DNA of 40,708 nt from an uncultured beta proteobacterium (GTDB taxonomy: Bacteria > Pseudomonadota > Gammaproteobacteria > Burkholderiales > Burkholderiaceae_C). The position numbers were made by a program, and so were the translations under genes. Below the pieces are notes generated by a model that saw only the letters and a program-made list of their open reading frames with translations, made no database searches and was not told where the DNA came from. The stretch lies in assembly GCA_903925725.1 (NCBI GenBank), contig CAIYGK010000250.1, positions 1 to 40,708 on the forward strand, given 5' to 3'. Of the stretch, positions 37,236-40,708 are shown in pieces; positions within the stretch are counted from its first letter, which is position 1; every line of letters starts with the position of its first letter.

Positions 37236-38849
37236 TCAGAATCGGATCGGTTCCTGATAGCGACCGAATACGTTGACAAGCTCTTTCGTCATTTCACCGA
37301 CGCTGGCGTAAGCCTTCACCGCTTCGACCAGCGCCGGCATCACGTTGCGGCAGGCGGCGGCGTCCGCGCGCAGACGACTTAGTGCCGCATCGACGGCGAC
37401 GTTGTCGCGCTCGGCCCGGATGCGATTGAGGGCGTCGATCTGCACCTGCGCATCCTGCTCGTTGTAAGCGTGGAACTCGACCGGATGATCATCTTCCTGC
37501 TCGTTGCGGTAGCAGTTGACTCCAACTTTGGGGAATTCGCCCGACTCGATCTTGCGCAGCATGCCGTAGGCCTGGGCCGAGACCTTGGACTGGATGCTGC
37601 CTTCGGCCACCATCTTGACGATCCCGCCTTCGGCATCGACGTCGGCCATGATCTCCTCCATCTTCCTGCGCATTTCGTTGGTCATGGTCTCGACGTAGAA
37701 CGAACCCGCCAACGGATCCACCGTTTCGGTCAGACCCATCTCCTCGACCAGCAGTTGCATGGTGCGCAGCGAGATGCGGGCGGAATACTCCGTGGGTATG
37801 GTGTAGGCCTCGTCGTAGGAACACAGCGCCATGGTCTGTGTGCCGGAGAGCGCTGATATCAGTGCGTAATAGGCACCGCGCACGATGTTGACTTCCGGCT
37901 GCTCGAAAGTGAGGCCACCACCACCACCAGCAGCGATCATGCGCAGCCACATCGAACCCGGCTTCTCTGCGCCGTATTGCTCCTTCATGATCTTGGCCCA
38001 GAGCCCGCGACCAGCGCGGAACTTGCAGACCTGCTCGAAGATGTTGCCGAAGATGTTGAAGTTGTAGGAAAGCCGTCCGGCGAACTCGTCCACCGACAGG
38101 CCACGCTTGATGGCGTCGTCCGCGTAGGCCTTGGCAATGCAGAAGGCATAGGCCATTTCCTGCGCTGGCGTTGCGCCGGACTCCCGAATGTGGTAGCCGC
38201 AGACCGACACCGGGGTGTACTTTGGTGCGTGCGTGGCGCAGTATTCGATGGTGTCGCCAACCAGTCGGATCGACGGCTCAACCGGAAAAATCCAGGTGCC
38301 CCGGCCAATGAATTCCTTGAGAATGTCGTTCTGCGCGGTGCCGCGCAGTTCCTTGATGTCGTAGCCGCGCTTTTCGGCCATCGCCAGGTACATCGCGATC
38401 AGGATCGCGGCTGCGCCGTTGATAGTGAGCGAGACAGTGATCTTCTTCAGGTCAATGCCATCGAAGGCAATCTCGAAATCGCGCAGCGTGTCAATCGACA
38501 TGCCGACGCGTCCGATCTCGCCCTCGGCAGCCGGATCGTCGGAATCGAGTCCGATCTGGGTCGGCAGGTCGAAAGCAACGTTGAGGCCGGTCTGCCCGTT
38601 GGCGATCAGGTACTTGAAGCGTTTGTTGGTCTCGGCCGGATTGCCGAAGCCAGCGTACTGGCGCATGGTCCAGGGCTGCTTGCGGTACATCTCTCGGTGG
38701 ATGCCGCGGGTGAACGGAAACTGGCCAGGTTCGCCAACCATCTCCATACCGCCGCTGGCCTCGACGTCCTGCGCCGTATACAAGGGCCTGACTTCGATGC
38801 CCGACTCATTGATCACTCTCTTCATGGCTGGTTTCTGCGGGGCGTTCAT
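37236..38849 (-). CDS. B12-dependent acyl-CoA mutase, substrate-binding large subunit (IaaH-like)
   Basis: PFTRG, WTMRQYAGF, AFDLPTQ.G.DSD, QNDILKE, GYHIRE.GA, VDPLAGSFYVE. Confidence 0.93.
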   Translation of the reverse strand: MNAPQKPAMKRVINESGIEVRPLYTAQDVEASGGMEMVGEPGQFPFTRGIHREMYRKQPWTMRQYAGFGNPAETNKRFKYLIANGQTGLNVAFDLPTQIGLDSDDPAAEGEIGRVGMSIDTLRDFEIAFDGIDLKKITVSLTINGAAAILIAMYLAMAEKRGYDIKELRGTAQNDILKEFIGRGTWIFPVEPSIRLVGDTIEYCATHAPKYTPVSVCGYHIRESGATPAQEMAYAFCIAKAYADDAIKRGLSVDEFAGRLSYNFNIFGNIFEQVCKFRAGRGLWAKIMKEQYGAEKPGSMWLRMIAAGGGGGLTFEQPEVNIVRGAYYALISALSGTQTMALCSYDEAYTIPTEYSARISLRTMQLLVEEMGLTETVDPLAGSFYVETMTNEMRRKMEEIMADVDAEGGIVKMVAEGSIQSKVSAQAYGMLRKIESGEFPKVGVNCYRNEQEDDHPVEFHAYNEQDAQVQIDALNRIRAERDNVAVDAALSRLRADAAACRNVMPALVEAVKAYASVGEMTKELVNVFGRYQEPIRF

Positions 38850-39247
38850 TTCGCTTCCTTCTTGATGTAGTCGCAGATGTCATCGAGTTTGGAGCCGGAG
38901 GGGAAGATGCCCTTGAAGCCCAAGTCGCGCAGCGCCTGGTGATCCTGTGCCGGCAGGTTGCCGCCGATCACCCAGAGCTTGTCGTCAAGACCATCGGCTT
39001 CCAGCAAGGGCTTGAGTCTGCGGCAGAAAGACAGGTGTGAGCCGGCCATGGAAGACAGGGCGATGACATCGACATCCTCTTCCAGGGCGATGCGTGCAAT
39101 CTGCTGCGGCGTTTGCCTCAGCCCGGTGTAGATCACCTCGAAGCCGGCATCCATCATGGCGCGCACAACGACCTTGGCGCCCTGATCGTGACCGTCCAGA
39201 CCGGGCTTGCCGAGCAGAACCTTGATGGGGCGTTGGGATGCGGTCAT
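38846..39247 (-). CDS. B12-binding small subunit of the acyl-CoA mutase (IaaG-like)
   Basis: KPGLDGHDQGA (DxHxxG), SSMAGSH, IGG. Confidence 0.95.
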   Translation of the reverse strand: MTASQRPIKVLLGKPGLDGHDQGAKVVVRAMMDAGFEVIYTGLRQTPQQIARIALEEDVDVIALSSMAGSHLSFCRRLKPLLEADGLDDKLWVIGGNLPAQDHQALRDLGFKGIFPSGSKLDDICDYIKKEAK

Positions 39248-40377
39248 GCAGATACCTCCTTGGCGATGATCATTTTCAGAATCTCACTGGTGCCGCCACC
39301 AATCAGGGTAAAGCGCACGTCGCGCAAATAGCGCTGCGCCGGGTACTCCATCGCGTAGCCATAGGAGGCCAGCACGCGCGCCGCCTTGTCGCAGACGGTG
39401 GCGGCCGCCTCGCTGGCGAACAGCTTGGCCATTGCGGCTTCCTTGTGATAGGGCTTGCCGGCATCGCGCCGCCAGGCGGCGTAGTAGACCAGGTGATCGG
39501 CGGCTTCGAGTTCGGTAGCCATCTCGGCCAGTTTCTGCCCGATCGCCTGGAAACGGTTGATTGGCTTGCCGAACTGGCTGCGCTCAGCAGCGTATCGCAC
39601 AGCCTCGGCCAGCGCGGCCTGACCGACACCCAACGCCATGGCGCCGGTGATGATGCGAATCTCGCCCAATGTCTTGCGCAAATGACCCTCGCCGTCGCCT
39701 TCTTCCTTGCTCAATCGGTGGCTGTCGGGCACAAAGCATTCGTCAAACGCGACCTCCGAGGTCGGCAGCGCCCAGACGCCCATTTTGTGTATTTCGCGGC
39801 CGACCGTCAGTCCCTTGAAGCCCTTTTCGACCAGAAAGATGGTGAGTTTCTTCTCTTCGCCTGCCTTGGCGAATACGGTGAAGAAGTCGGCCATGGGCGC
39901 CGAGGTGATCCAGGTCTTCTGGCCATTGATGACGTAACCACCCTCGACCTTGCGGGCGCTCGTGGCAATCGACCCAAGGTCGGAACCGGCGTTCGGCTCG
40001 GTCATGCAGATGGCGCCAATCTTCTCACCACGCAAGGCTGGTTTGAACAGGCGCTCGACGATGTCTGCATTGCCCAGCATGTGCAGGAACTTGGTGCCCA
40101 TCAGCGACTGCATGGCCACGGCGCCGGCCAGCGACATGGAACCGCGCGCCACTTCCTGCAGCGCCAGGCAGAATTCTGTGAGCGCCATGCCAGTGCCGCC
40201 CACGTCCTCGGGGTAGCGCATGCCAAAAAAGCCCAGCGCAGCCAATTCCTGAAACAAGGCGTGCGGAAACGACCTGGCTTCGTCCAGAGCGGCCGCCTGC
40301 GGCGCGATCCGCTCGTCGCAAAAGCGGGCGAACGTGTCGCGCACCGCGCGCTGATCGGGGTTGAGATCAAAGTCCAT
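39244..40377 (-). CDS. Acyl-CoA dehydrogenase (IaaF-like)
   Basis: CMTEPNAGSD, NGQKTWIT, R.QFGKPI, IGGGTSEI. Confidence 0.93.
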   Translation of the reverse strand: MDFDLNPDQRAVRDTFARFCDERIAPQAAALDEARSFPHALFQELAALGFFGMRYPEDVGGTGMALTEFCLALQEVARGSMSLAGAVAMQSLMGTKFLHMLGNADIVERLFKPALRGEKIGAICMTEPNAGSDLGSIATSARKVEGGYVINGQKTWITSAPMADFFTVFAKAGEEKKLTIFLVEKGFKGLTVGREIHKMGVWALPTSEVAFDECFVPDSHRLSKEEGDGEGHLRKTLGEIRIITGAMALGVGQAALAEAVRYAAERSQFGKPINRFQAIGQKLAEMATELEAADHLVYYAAWRRDAGKPYHKEAAMAKLFASEAAATVCDKAARVLASYGYAMEYPAQRYLRDVRFTLIGGGTSEILKMIIAKEVSA

Positions 40378-40708
40378 AATCGCGCGCTGCCGCCTCTGGC
40401 GTGATCACCCCGTCGCGAACTTCCTGCGCCAGCAGTGCACGGTCACGCAACAAGGGGTCACCGTAGCCACCACCACCACTGGCCACCTGATGGTAAAGCG
40501 TGCCCAGTGGCACACCGGTAATCAGATCCTTGTTTCTGGGCACCACGGTGGTGCCGTCGGGGTAGGTCAGACGGATGAAATTCAGACCTGCATCCTTGCC
40601 GCCGGACAAGCCAAAGGCGGGCTCGAAATCGCCATCACCAAAAGTCACCAGTTGGGTGTCGGGCGAGCCGATGCGAAAAATGGTCTCGACGCCGAGACCA
40701 CCGAGCCA
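40367..40708 (-). CDS. Hydantoinase/oxoprolinase beta subunit, C-terminal part (IaaE-like; 5' end off the window)
   Basis: Open frame from the window end: WLGGLGVET...FGDG...SGGGGYGDP..RD....EVRDG.IT...A.RDYG. Confidence 0.9.
   Translation of the reverse strand, partial: WLGGLGVETIFRIGSPDTQLVTFGDGDFEPAFGLSGGKDAGLNFIRLTYPDGTTVVPRNKDLITGVPLGTLYHQVASGGGGYGDPLLRDRALLAQEVRDGVITPEAAARDYGL

Noticed and set aside
37914-37928. (GGT)n repeat as a slippage or phase-variation tract
   Set aside because: It encodes the Gly run, and the segment length equals that of the homologous MCM motif.
37236-39247. Housekeeping methylmalonyl-CoA or isobutyryl-CoA mutase
   Set aside because: Active-site motifs diverge from MCM, it has Tyr/Arg rather than the ICM Phe/Gln, and it sits in an iaa-type context.
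1-40708. Mobile elements, tRNA/rRNA, CRISPR arrays, cobalamin riboswitch
   Set aside because: No transposase or integrase ORF, repeat-spacer array or recognisable RNA gene was seen by eye; a covariance-model scan would be needed to exclude small RNAs.

Overview
High-GC window, probably from a betaproteobacterium (inferred from the Bug/TctC protein and the abm- and iaa-type gene sets), almost entirely given over to indole/aminoaromatic catabolism. Right arm (- strand): an iaa-type anaerobic indole-3-acetate cluster (partial hydantoinase beta, acyl-CoA dehydrogenase, split B12 mutase, three-subunit xanthine-dehydrogenase-family Mo enzyme, MoaD, class III CoA transferase, Liv-type ABC transporter). 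It is followed by a TctC / opine dehydrogenase / HAD / non-canonical alpha-beta hydrolase module. Centre (+ strand): 2-aminobenzoate-CoA ligase, a second hydantoinase pair, an epimerase-like VOC, a PaaK-like ligase, an SDR and a HAD-ECH fusion. Left arm (- strand): VOC, then a BamC/BamB-like pair (class II benzoyl-CoA reductase core, without BamD-I), then MarR and the O2-dependent 2-aminobenzoyl-CoA monooxygenase/reductase (abm) genes, all apparently one operon with a structured 5' leader. A partial degP/htrA with an internal in-frame deletion sits at the left edge. The most unusual element is the orphan BamBC pair placed in an aerobic anthraniloyl-CoA operon, next to the anaerobic auxin pathway that makes anthraniloyl-CoA. 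All family calls rest on recognised motifs and remembered sequences; no database search was run.
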